A DNA stretch of 60,391 bases, filler included, from Sphacelaria rigidula (Eukaryota), in NCBI GenBank assembly GCA_964200075.2. It is 6 parts of 6 records of this genome, joined end to end, with 100 filler letters (N's around TTAATTAATTAA, not from the genome) between each part and the next. Parts side by side here need not be neighbours in the genome. Positions count along the whole stretch, not along the records: positions 10,084 to 20,066 come from CAXNAA020007368.1; positions 20,167 to 30,149 come from CAXNAA020007369.1; 4 more parts are not named here. The stretch is one strand, 5' to 3'. The first letter of the stretch is position 1, and each line of letters starts with the position of its first letter. This document shows positions 11,147-23,400 of this stretch, piece after piece. The translations under genes and the position numbers were made by a program. The notes below the pieces were generated by a model. That model was not told the DNA's origin, searched no databases, and was given only the letters and a program-made list of their open reading frames with translations.

Positions 11147-14100
11147 TTCGAAATAAATCCTTTTTTTTGCCGAAATAAATTGGGCGAGAAAATGATTTTT
11201 TTTTAATAGCTTGTCCTGCTGTCCAAAATAAATTCCTTTTCGCCCGATTCAAATTGGGTGAAGAGGAATTTACCTCGGACAGGAGGACAAGCTATTGAAA
11301 ATATATGAATTTACAGATTTTGTATAAAAATATTTGGAATTAAAAAAAAAACTCAGTTTTTTTTTACCAAAACACTTCCACATGACTGTGCAAGGCTTTG
11401 CCGACAAGCCTACACAGGGCTGTAAACCCAACCCTGGGGAAAACCCCATCAAAACCCTACGAGGGTACAGGTTTGGATTTTCACCGTCAGCGTTTTTTCA
11501 CGAAGACTGTGGAGAACCCTGTGCGGACCCTGCACAGTGCGCCCCACAGAGTGCTATCTGTCTACGGGTGTTGTTCCAGGTCCATCTTGGAGCAGGATGC
11601 ATTTGGTGTCTATTTGACGAAGTTATCTCCAAAAAACCGAAATCGATAGGGGATGCAGGGTGGAAAAATCTAGAGAAAAAGCTATCGCGAGAATCCGATC
11701 GCAAGAATCCTGATGCATAAAAACTATCGCAAGAACCCGATCGTAAGAATCAGGTTGCAAGAACCCTGACGCAAAAACGAAGTCGCGAAAAACCAGTCAG
11801 TCGATTCTTTACCCGCAGCAGAAACCAACTTCACTTCGTGAAATTGGAATTTTCCGACGGTTTACTGAAATCAAAAGAAGTGGGAACTTCCGGCGTCTAT
11901 GCATCCACCAGGAACAGTGATGGTTGTCGTGAGCCTGTACTAGAACAAAAATTAACCGGAGAAGAACATTCGATGTATTGGTTTTCGCACATTGATCCCC
12001 GGCGAATTCAGCCGTGGTCACAAGATAGATGTACTGCAGAAACAAGGCGGAATATTTCCTTATCGTTTCGTAGATATTCACCAAAAGGTAGCCAATTGGT
12101 AAAGAACCCCATACACAGTAGAAATACCAAATGAAAACACACACACCCGAGCGATGAATTGAACCTCAACGACATCATAAAAGAAGGTGTGCCCTAAAAT
12201 CGGCCAGAAATGCAAAAGGAAACCTGTATACACAGCAGGAGTTGAAGACAGGGAAATAGAACCGCTACACGTTTGTGCCTTGGCAAGAATGCAAGAGGCG
12301 GTAAAAACAAAGTGGATTTCACAGGTTAACTTTTCAGGGGGAAGCCTCCGAAAGAATAACCAAGGGCAGTATATAGAGACACATATCGTTGCGCTGACCA
12401 ACGCAGTGATTATACAGTGAAGGGTTCGGCATTGATACATGAATAATACGCACGAAAAAGAAGGATATGCATAGAAGTAGACGAGAAGCCCTGGCGGGTA
12501 CGGTCCACAGGCGCCGTCACGGCATCATAGCAGCAGCTGCAGTTGAATGAATTGGGATCCTCGTGAAGAGCTGGGATATTGAGGCATGATGCGGGTAAAG
12601 GCTTCTCATATATCAAGTATAGGGCATTTGGACAGTAGAATTGATAGTTATGGTGAATGCTGATTTTTTTTTGTGGTAGCCTAGCAGTAGGTCGGTCGGT
12701 CGTGCTCGCCATGTGGCACAAACGCGAGTCTCCAATCTTGACTAACTCATGTCGATGGCAGTTTCGCCATCTTTCATTTCGCCACTCCTTGTTTTTGTGG
12801 CCCGAGTCTCAGCGGCTAGGAGCTTGCGTAAAACTGTGACGGTGTTGGGTCGGTCCTGCACGTGGTAGTTTGGAACAAATGGAGAAGACACACACAACGC
12901 ACGTTTCATCGGGCGGTCAGCCTGTCGCCGTGACAACAGCGTGACATGCGGCAGAGATCGCGTGTTGCCGATGATCATCATTTTCAACGATGGCCATCTA
13001 CCTAATGCAGCGCTCGAAACAAACGCGCCAGAAGAACACCACGATCCTCCGGGGCGGCCGTTTCCCCCGCAGCATGCACGAGCTTCGTGTTTTTCTTACC
13101 GCATCCCTTGCAATCAAGAGTAAAAATTTCCCTGTGCTGAACAAGTACCGACTGAAATTTACGTAAATGACGTTCGTGCCAGCATCACGTCATCGGGAAT
13201 CGAAATGCCAGGACAAGCTGAGCGACCCCCGGCGGCAACCAAGAGGCGTACACGTCGGAAGTGGAACTACAACGGCATCAGCAACGTGCAAACCGTGTAC
13301 TACAAGCAGGACAACGTCAGGAATAGGGCTAGGGTATGAACGGAGCACTGAACGGCAACACCAACCTTGCGCTCCGCCCACTCGATGGGAGAGTAGGGAC
13401 CCTCCCCACGTGATATCCCGGTCACATCGAGGCGTGCACCAGCCTCATAGAGCTGCCGAACAAGTGCGGCATCGCCCCGCCACGCTGTTTTGACGACAGG
13501 CATGTAGGGAAGGGGGGGCGCGATTCCGGTATGATGTAAGCGATAACTCGTCCGAAATGACATACCTCATTTGTCTTCATGTAGCTTTCCACTGACGGAG
13601 ATAGTTCTAATTCCGCAGCGTTCTATAAAAAGTAGAAAGTAATGTACAGTCGAACAGAAGCCGTGCAGAGTGTTGAAAACTATGCTACGAGAAAAGGCCT
13701 CTCACCTCCAAGCATTTGCTGTACGCTAGATTGTCGGTGTGTGTGTGTGTGGAGGGGATACCAAACACGCTACAATGGCATGATCTAGTGCGTGCCTCTA
13801 CCCCTTGCTCGCATGCCGTATGAACACGACTAATGCTCACCAGCGTTCAGCAACGGAGTAAACCCTCCATCGTCGCCAGTCTCTGTGTCCCCTCTCATCT
13901 GTCTTACGATAAACTCCACCGTCTTGCGTCGCCCACAGCGCACTGTTGGCAAAAAAACGAGGGGCAGTTACAGCAGCAGAAAGTCAACATCGAGGGGTTA
14001 TAGCAATGGGCGATGCCCCAATTCCATCCGCAAAACGAACGGGAGAGCACAGTTGGTCGCCGCGTGTGGATAAAACCGCTTTTTACTGATTACGCCGACG

Positions 14101-17100
14101 GGGAGCGCAACGGTGAGAGACAAGACCACATGCATTTGTTGTACAGCATTATGATTACTACAATCCTGCGTGCCGCGGACCCATGTTCTCCACCACGTGG
14201 TGACATTGCTCTCTAGAAAATGACATGCACTCAAAGCAACCTGGGCCTTGCTAGCTCTACGACAGTTGCGTAGCGTCTGCCCAGGTGTCCCTTGCGATGC
14301 TTTTGTACACTTATCGCCCACTACCTGCAAAATTCAGCAGCGTGTTTCCCTCGTATATGCTGTGCCTGTGGTTCACGTCGAATTTCCATCGGCCTCTCCC
14401 GGCAACCCACACACAGTCTTCTTTCCGATCTTGCGGAAGAGCGCACACAATGTAAAGAAACGAGAGCGGCAGGTCAAAGCTAGATGGCACTGAGCGACAT
14501 GCCATGAATCAGGACGAGTAATTTTGTTCGCAAGCGCGTCGTGTTCCGTTACGCGTCCATGGCCTTCTCTTTCCAAGCAGATGCGTTGTTTTGGAGTTCG
14601 CGCTACACTTGCAGACGAGTCAAACCATGCCAGTACGGTCGCGCCGAAACTGGCAGCAGTCCCAAGTCAACTGTTTCACCCGGGGCACTCAGCGGCAAAT
14701 GGATCCGATCCTCACACATGTAACATATACTCCCTGCGTTTCCAGGCTGTTCGTATCAATAGGCTAGAACAGGAAACTCACGAAGTCAATATTCTCACCG
14801 CTAGCAGCAGGCTCCGGGGACGGCTTAGCCCTAGCCGACCTTCCAGGGCGCGAAGATCCCCCGCCCGCACCGGGCGCGATCTCAGCACCCTTACAACTAC
14901 TCGCTGTACCCCGGGCTTTCAACTCCGAAGTGCTTTCAACACCGCGGGTTGCCTTCACAGGATTGCTGCTACCTTGGACACCGGCACGCACACAACAAGG
15001 TAGATCAGAGGCAAGAGCGGAGCGTTTGTGTCTCGGTGCCCGATCAAGTAGGTGAGAATGCAGGAGGTAGCAGTGAACTCGAAGCACGCACCTACCTGAT
15101 GGTGCCATGTGGCACGCGTTCGCAAAAGGGATATCGACCACAGCCTCGGTTCAGTGGCGGTTTCTACCGTATATCTACTGTTCCGTAACGCTGGAAAGCC
15201 CGGGCATGGGGCATGAATCTGACCTCAGGGGCCATCACGCGGCAGGGCACGGGTTGGAAAACAGTCAATACTGACCTTATTCCCAACCCTAGAGGATGTC
15301 GTACGTGGATATTGAGGGGGTACTCACCATCTGGCACTTGCCGACTAACTCACCAGCGTTCGGTATGCCGGTCATCGTGCCCCATCGACTGCGAAGCAGA
15401 CTCTTGAGCTTTGCCACGGAATCGGTCATCCTGAAAAGTGTATATGATTCCGACAGCGTCGCATCGTGTTTAAGCCTGTTGAAGCAGGAGGACGTCGGGG
15501 ACAGGATGTCACGAGGTGACGAGCTTCTTTTCAGTTTCATGCATTTTTTCCCCAGCTTTTGCGCTTGCCTGGAATTCTTGGAATTTTTCATCTCTTTTTC
15601 TTGACACGGTGCGAGAAGCAGTCGCTCGGACAGGTTCGTGGCCTTGCGTCAGCCTCCCGTGCTCCCCCCAACGTTAGGGTACGGGGACTGAACAAATCGA
15701 GGCAACATGACCTCCGAACGGCCCTTCCGGTTGTATGTTTCTCTCCAGCCCGCACGGCCCCGCGCAAGCTGCACGTCCATCGTTACCACCAGCACTCGGC
15801 AATTCATGTTGAACCTGCAGGTATGACCTATGACTGTCAATCAATCAAGTTTGCCCAAGGCACAGTACGAAGTACACTAAAGTCGTGAGTGAGCTGCACA
15901 AAGGGAACAAGAAAACCACGCTTCTAGGAACCGGGGAGCCATTAATTACACCGCCGTCACGCGAAACGTGATCGACCAGATCTGCAAGTGCACAATCCGA
16001 GATATGCTGCGGGGTGGCGCGTCTGATTTTTTCCCGGTTGCTGCGTCGGCACCAGTATTCAGGGCCGAGGCGATGGCGAACACCTTGCTAGCTCCTGCTA
16101 CTCCGTTCCCCCTCAAACAACAAATAAATGAATGGCTCGGGAACAAGGACAGCGAGATCTCAGGAGGGAGGTACTCGGTGGGAGGTGAAAGGTCCCTGCC
16201 GAGTCTGTGCAATGACCCTCAGCTATTGCAACCTTGATAAATGACTTCAACGCGAGCCCTCTTGGATTTGCCTGTGCTGAACTTGAGCGAAGATGAGAAG
16301 TCGGCTGTGAGCCTCATCACATGATCCCACGACTGTGAGCGAATAGAACTGGATCGGCACCAGTCTACCCCAGTGTATTCACGATTATCCGCCATTACAG
16401 GGGAGGGACACTCTTTCCACCCATCCTCACCGCGGTACGGTATACTACAACTATACTACGAGTACAGCACACCAACAAAGGGGCTGGGAGCTTCCGGCAC
16501 AGGAATATAGCTAGCCCCCCACCCCATCCCTACATGATGAGGGGGTACATATGAAAATAGTCAAACGAATCAGGGGTCATTATCCAGATCGGTCTCGTGG
16601 GGGAAGAGGTTAGTGAAGTCACAGTATTGTTCTACCTGTGCGGCAAGCCTACGGTTCATACATGTGATTGTCGCATCGTTCGAGTTCGAGGAAAAAGCAG
16701 AACGTACAAAGAAACCTCAAATAAGGCTCTTACTTGAAAAAAAAAAAACGCCCCTAGCTCTGCCCCGAACTTTGGTGGAAAAAGACGAGGTTCTCCTATG
16801 GTTGCTCATAAGCACTCAACAGCCCTGTACCAGCTGTCGAGCACTCGAGCACTGACAGGAACATATACATGGGCGTAACGGGAGGTCAAGAACGGTGCCT
16901 TTGTACTTATTGTGTTGTTTATGCTATACATATGAGCGCAATTCCTCGCATAAGAAGTCTTTTTGAGGCATCGGTCAAGCGTGTCATGGCTGACAAGGTT
17001 GAAAAACATCTCTTTCTATACTTTGTTGGAACACTTCCAACCCCTCCCCTTCCTCAGGACAAACCCATGGTCTCAAGGTCTCAAGGGGTCAACTCATATT

Positions 17101-17565
17101 TCCCCCGCTACAAGCCTTACATTTTGATATCGCGAATTGGATCAGCACTCCCGCACTATGCCGACTGTCGCAAAAAAAAACGTTTGTGATACTTCCACTT
17201 TCGCGTCTTCAACCGCGGAAATCAGATCCTTTTCGGGGAAACCCTCAACTGTATCTGCCGGAAATTGAACCCGCATTTTTCCGGACTCGTGGCTTCAGCC
17301 CAACGAGACGCCGCGCTATTACACTGGCCTCATGTCGACTGATGCCGACTGTATTCAGTACATCAACTGCATCAATGACGCCACACTTCGAAATATGAAG
17401 AAAAACAAATCACCTCGCCCTGTTGAACAAGTGCACCCAGTGATGGGGGAACAATTGCGACCAAGAAAGGCCCAAAGTAGGCAAAAAACATCCACGACGA
17501 GGCTTGGGGAGCTTGGATCCGCGGGCAAAAGCCATGTGCGGCGAAACACCGGTGCTTGTTATTTT

Positions 17566-19042
17566 CAGGACTCTTCACTTTACACGTTACACGTTACGTC
17601 ACAAATGTGGCGTATGAAAAATTATACGTTACGTCACGTCACAATAGTGTACGGGTAAGTTACGTTACGTCACACTTGTGACGTATTAAAAAGTTACATG
17701 TAACGAGTAACGTATTTTGGAACGTTATTGTGACGTGTGAAGGATAAGTTACGTCACGTTTGTGACGTATAACGTAAAATGAAACGTTACACTTCGACTG
17801 TCTTGAGGGCAAATGAACGCTACGTATGGCGTTGTAAGGGTTCATGTACCGAAACTTGGTACCGGAGGTTCACGGTGGCTGCCTTGTTCGAGGATGAGGC
17901 GCGTTCTGCTCGCTATATTGACATGTGAGAATGCGTTTCAGCTAGTGTATCGCTCATGCGTCCCTGACTCACACGTTGGAATTTCAAAGAAATACATGGT
18001 TACGTAATTGATGCACGATAATCAGATAGTGAGATACCAAGATGCGCGCAGGCCATGATGTACCCATACAAACGTAAGTATGTACAGATCATACGCTAGT
18101 GATACCTGGTGGTAGGTTGGCATTTTGTAGGACACCCAACACATGGCAATCCGATTCTGTATTGTTATAATTAGTTGCTCTCTCAGCAGGGCGTGTATGC
18201 AGAAGATCTATATTCTTTATATATAATACACATGAACTGATGATCCGGTACGAATCCAGCCGCGTTCGCAGGGCGGACATCGTGAAGGTAGAAACACATC
18301 ATGACTCATTGTGCCAAGAATAGATACAAAAACTTACACAAACCCGTTCGAACAGAGACGAACGGCAGAAAAACAGAAGAACAAAACAACCCCAACATAA
18401 GGAAACAAAGAAATAAAGAACAAAACTACATAACAGCAGTGAGTGGAGCCACCGAATTTGTCCACGAGGTCACAAGCTCGTGTCACCCTTCGCACCTCTT
18501 CAAAGGCACAAGGTCTCTGATTACTTCGTGGTCCATATTTTGATACTAGTGACACCAATAAGTAAAACGGCACACGGCAACTCAAAATAATGCATACTAC
18601 AGTTGGGTGTGGTGTGGCGGTGCATGCTGCCGTGGCGCTAAACTTGCGCTTACATCGCGTGCATATTATGATGACGTATGCACACTCTTCTTGAACCCAT
18701 GTATCATATCATGCGAGTATCACATATGCTAACCCCACACTAATTGTGGCACAAGTTGGGCGTGTGACAGTCGTGACGTTCATTTAGACGTCACAAACGT
18801 TCAATAATGTGACGTGTAACGTATATTGTGACGTGGAACATATAAAATACGTCACACGTCACGGGAAACCTTTTCAAATACGTTACTGTGACGTATTCGA
18901 AAAATATACGTCACGTCACGTCACCTTTGTGACGTATTGAAAAATTGAACTTTACATCACGTCCCACTTTTTCACTGGTACGTTACGTCACACCATTGTG
19001 ACGTACGTTTGTAACGTGTAACGTGTAACGTAAAGAGCCCTG
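17566..19042. mobile_element. Non-autonomous hAT-like DNA transposon (1477 bp)
   Basis: Left end CAGGACTCTTCACTTTACACGTTACACGTTAC matches the reverse complement of the right end, CAGGGCTCTTTACGTTACACGTTACACGTTAC. Flanks GTTATTTT / GTGATTAT match at 6/8 (decayed 8-bp TSD). Both ends have dense subterminal ACGTCAC/GTGACGT/ACGTTAC motifs. No transposase ORF. Confidence 0.8.
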
Positions 19043-20066
19043 GTGATTATGCATCTGGCGTGAATTGAGGCACAAACACACACCAACTGTTGATCTCACT
19101 GTCCCAGGGTAGACAATGGATAGCTCGAGCCGCAGCTATTGCAGTCCTGCGCCAAAACAAACAAGAGCGAAAATATACCGGAATGCTCGCCCTATGTTTG
19201 TGATTGCCCGCACTTGGCCCGCATTAAAAAAAAAGCACTTTTGAACGGAAACTTATCTTGTTGATTTCTCGACCGTGGGTAAAGTCACCCCCGTGGAACT
19301 TGGTGCACTACTTGGACACAGCACAGGCAGTACGTGCACCGGAGAACAGCTCCTCTCAATCACGGAGCAAAAGAAACCATGCGAATACCGATATACCGCC
19401 GATACGCCCTCAAAACGGCGGTCTCGCGGCCCAGATTCTGTGCGCTGTGATTGAATACATATGTGGACATGGTGGTGCACTCACTTCTATATCATGATCA
19501 CCTGGGAGGGTGTAGTTCTGGCAAACGAACACGATTCAGTACTGACACACCCTCTGGATAACGACAACCTGTAGAAAAATCATTCCGGTATCGCCTGTAG
19601 AAACGCTCAGCGCAGGAGGCACGGTCATACGCGCGCTGTCGTCGCTGCAAGAGGCCGAAACTTCGGTCACATGTCATGAAAACCACAATCAACAAGCTTA
19701 TGCATCTGGTTGGGCCTTGCAACAGTGCGCGAGGGCTCAGATTCTGTTCCGATATATATATATTTATATATATATATTTTGGCGCAGGACTAATTGATCA
19801 ACTGAGTACGCCGTTTTGGCTGCGGGCAAACCGGCTTCAACTTGAATGAGACGCCATGATTTCTGTCAGACGGACGTCGTATACCACACCCACAAACGGC
19901 CAACGTCTCCATCATGAGCAACTTTTTGGACACACACACGGGCAATTGCCAACCCGTATAGCGCCTGAATTTCGCCAAAACCAGTGAAGCTGCACAGGCA
20001 CCGTAGGTAAGGTACCGTACCGAGCGTACCCCCGGTATTTACCGGGGTATCCCATACCGTGGTATG

Positions 20067-20166
20067 NNNNNNNNNNNNNNNNNNNNNNNNNNNNNNNNNN
20101 NNNNNNNNNNTTAATTAATTAANNNNNNNNNNNNNNNNNNNNNNNNNNNNNNNNNNNNNNNNNNNN
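20067..20166. other. Artificial contig linker
   Basis: N44-TTAATTAATTAA-N44. Confidence 0.99.
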
Positions 20167-20413
20167 TGTCTGACACACTTAGGAGCCTCGTTTTTCGTGC
20201 AACCAAATACCCCCCCCCCTATCGTAGGATGACTCATCTGGTGGAAACTCTGCTATCAGGACACCAGAAACTCGGGCAATGCTCCGCATTGTGGGAAAGA
20301 AAACACAGTGCCGACCAACTATCGTTCCGGACCGCTGACAGCATACGTGAGCACACACCGACAGACTACCCAGCCAATCTGAACAACGAGATGGGTGGAA
20401 GAAAGAGTACGAT

Positions 20414-23400
20414 TCACCATGAATCAGGCGTCCGATGATGAGGACTTGATACTCCCAACTCCCTCTTGACGTTTGAATTTTCCTCCACCTCTTCAAACAC
20501 CACATCGACAAATGTGCTCAGGCGTCCAGGTACCCCTGCTGGCGAACCACAGAGCCGCCCAGTACCTCCACCACCACTGCTGATAAAACCATCATGTTCA
20601 CTGCTCCAACCACTTGAAGCGGCACCCTGCTCATGACACTGCCTCATCCCATCGCCACCGTGTGTGGACGAAGGGGCCGTCAGCTCCACCTTCATTCCTG
20701 GTCCTGCTCCCGCGCGCAAGGGCACTTCATCATCAGCCCTCGAATTATGTTGTCCTGTGAGCAAAAGTGAAAGTCCCGGGGGCGAAGATGTCCTTTCCTC
20801 CTGCCCCGAACCAGCGCACAAATTACGAACACCTACCCCGTCGTTTGCACCATAACCCGAGAGTGCTGCGCGCTTGCGCTTCACTCCTCGTGCGTCAGCA
20901 GCGCTTCCTTCACCCTCACCACCCTCCGTTCTGCTACCGCCGGTGGTGCCGCCAGCAGTGTTGAGCTCGGTGGTGTCGGAAACCTTAGCTGTGCCGTGTG
21001 CACCAGCATGGTGTCGGCAAACCATTGCCTCATCCAAGTTGCCCTGGTTGAAAGATGACTTGCAGCAGCCCTCTTCGGTGCACCGCTTACTTACCATGTT
21101 CACCATTCCCGCCCTGGCATGTTTGGAACAGAACTCCGCCTTCGTGCTTCCCGCTACTCCGTACGACGGTAGCGTGGAGCAGCCCTCGTAGCCGCACTTC
21201 TTGGTTACCACGTTCACCATTCCCGCCCTGGCATGTTTGGAACAAAACTCCGCCTTCGTGCTTCCTGCCACACCATACGACGGTAGCGTGGAGCAGCTCT
21301 CGTACCCGCACTTCTTGCTTACTACATTTACCATTCCCGCCCTGGCATGCGTGGAACAAAACTCTGCCTTCGTGCTTCCTGCCACGCCATACGATGGCAA
21401 CGTGGAGCAGCCCTCGTAGCCGCACTTCTTGCGCCTCACATTCACCATTCCCGCCCTGGCATGCCTGGGGCAGTACTCCGCATTTTTGCTCCCTGCCACA
21501 CCGTACGAGGGCTGCGTGAAGCACGCCTCGTAGCCGCATTGTTTGCTTTTCACATTCACCATTCCTGCCCTGGCATGCCTGGGGCAGTACTCCGCCTTCT
21601 TGCTCCCCGCCACACCATACGACGCCTGCGTGAAGCACGCCTCGTAGCCGCATTGTTTGTTCTTCACATTCACCATTTCACCCCTGGCATGCTTGGAGCA
21701 AAACTCCGCTTTCTTGCTTCCTGCCATACCATACGCCGGCAGCGTGAAACATTCCTCGTAGCTGCACTTCTTCTTCACCACATTCACCATTCCTGCCCCG
21801 GCATGCTTGGAGCAGAACTCTGCTTTCTTGCTTCCTGCCATACCATACGCCGGCAGCGTGAAACATTCCTCGTAGCTGCACTTCTTCTTCACCACATTCA
21901 CCATTCCTGCCCTGGCATGCTTGAAGCAATACTCCGCCTTCTTACTCCCCGCGACACCATGTGTCGGCAGCGTGGAACAACCCTCGTACCCGCACGTCTT
22001 GCGCACAACGTCAACCATTCCCGCCCTAGCATGCTTGGAGCAAAAGTTCGCCGTCTTACTCTTCACCACACCATACGTAGGCAGCGTGGAACAGCCCTCG
22101 TAGCCACACTTCTTGTTTGCCACATTCACCATTCCCCCCCTGGCATGCTTGGAACAGAATTCCGCCTTCTTGCTTCCCGCCACACCATACGACGGAAGCG
22201 TGGGGCAGCCCTCGTGGCCGCACTTCTTGTCCACCACATTCACCATTCCCGCCCTGGCATGCTTGAAACAGAATTCCGCCTTCTTGCTTTCCGCTACACC
22301 ATACGACGGAAGCGTGGAGCACGCCTCGTAGCCGCATTGTTTGTTCTTCACATTCACCATTCCTGCCCTGGCATGCTTGGAGCAACACTCCGCCTTCTTG
22401 CTTCCAATCACACCATACGACGGCAGCGTGGAGCATTCCTCGTAGCTGCACCTCTTGCTCATGACGTCAACCATTCCTGCCCTGGCATGCTTGGAGCAAA
22501 ACTCCGCCTTTTTACTCCCCGCCGAACCATACGATGGATGCGTGAAGCAGCCCTCGTAGCCGCACTTCTTTCTCGTCACGTTCACCATTCCTGCCCTGGC
22601 ATGCTTGGAACAAAACTCCGCCTTTTTGCTCCCCGCCACACCATACGACGGCAGCGTGGAGCAGCCCTCGTAGCTGCACTTATTACTTGCCACATTCACC
22701 ATTCCCACCCTGGCATGCTTGGAACAGAATTTTGCCTTCTTGCTCCCCGCCACCCCATACGACGAAGTGGTGGTGCAGCCCTCGTAGCCGCACTCCTTTC
22801 TCGTCACGTTCACCATTCCTGCCCTGGCATGCTTGGAACAAAACTCCGCCTTTTTGCTCCCCGCCACACCAAACGACGAATAGGTGCAGCAGCCGTCGTA
22901 GCCACACTTATTCCTTGCCACAATCACCATTCCCGCCCCGGCATGCTTGGAACAGAATTCCGCTTTCTTGCTCCCCGCCACACCATACGACGAAGTGGTG
23001 GAACAGCCCTCGTAGCCGCATTCCTTGTGTTTCACACCGACCATTCCCGCCCTGGCATGCTTGAAACAGAACTCCGCTCTCTTGCTCCCCATCACACCAT
23101 ACGACGGCTGCGTGGAGCAGCCCTCGTAGCCGCACTTCTTGTTTACTACGTTTACTGTTCCCGCCCTGGCATGCTTGGAGCAGAACTCCGCTCTCTTGCT
23201 CCCCGCCACACCATACGACGGCTGCGTGGAGCAGCCCTCGTAGCCACACTTCTTGTTTACTACGTTCACCATTTCAGCCCTGGCATGTTTGGAGCAGTAC
23301 TCTGCCCTCTTGCTCCCCGCCACACCATACGCCGGCAGCAAAAAACAGCCCTCGTTACCGCACTTCTTGTTTACCACATTCACCATTTCCGCGCTGGCAT

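Noticed and set aside
10130-11580. Large inverted-repeat element with CTGTGCAGGG / CCCTGCACAG arms
   Set aside because: Similarity is patchy and ends or a TSD could not be defined; probably fragments of a dispersed repeat.
12700-16300. Possible decayed LINE endonuclease remnants (e.g. LSRRQADR on the minus strand near 12920) or host exons
   Set aside because: Only isolated short resemblances; no continuous frame or boundaries that I can support without a search.
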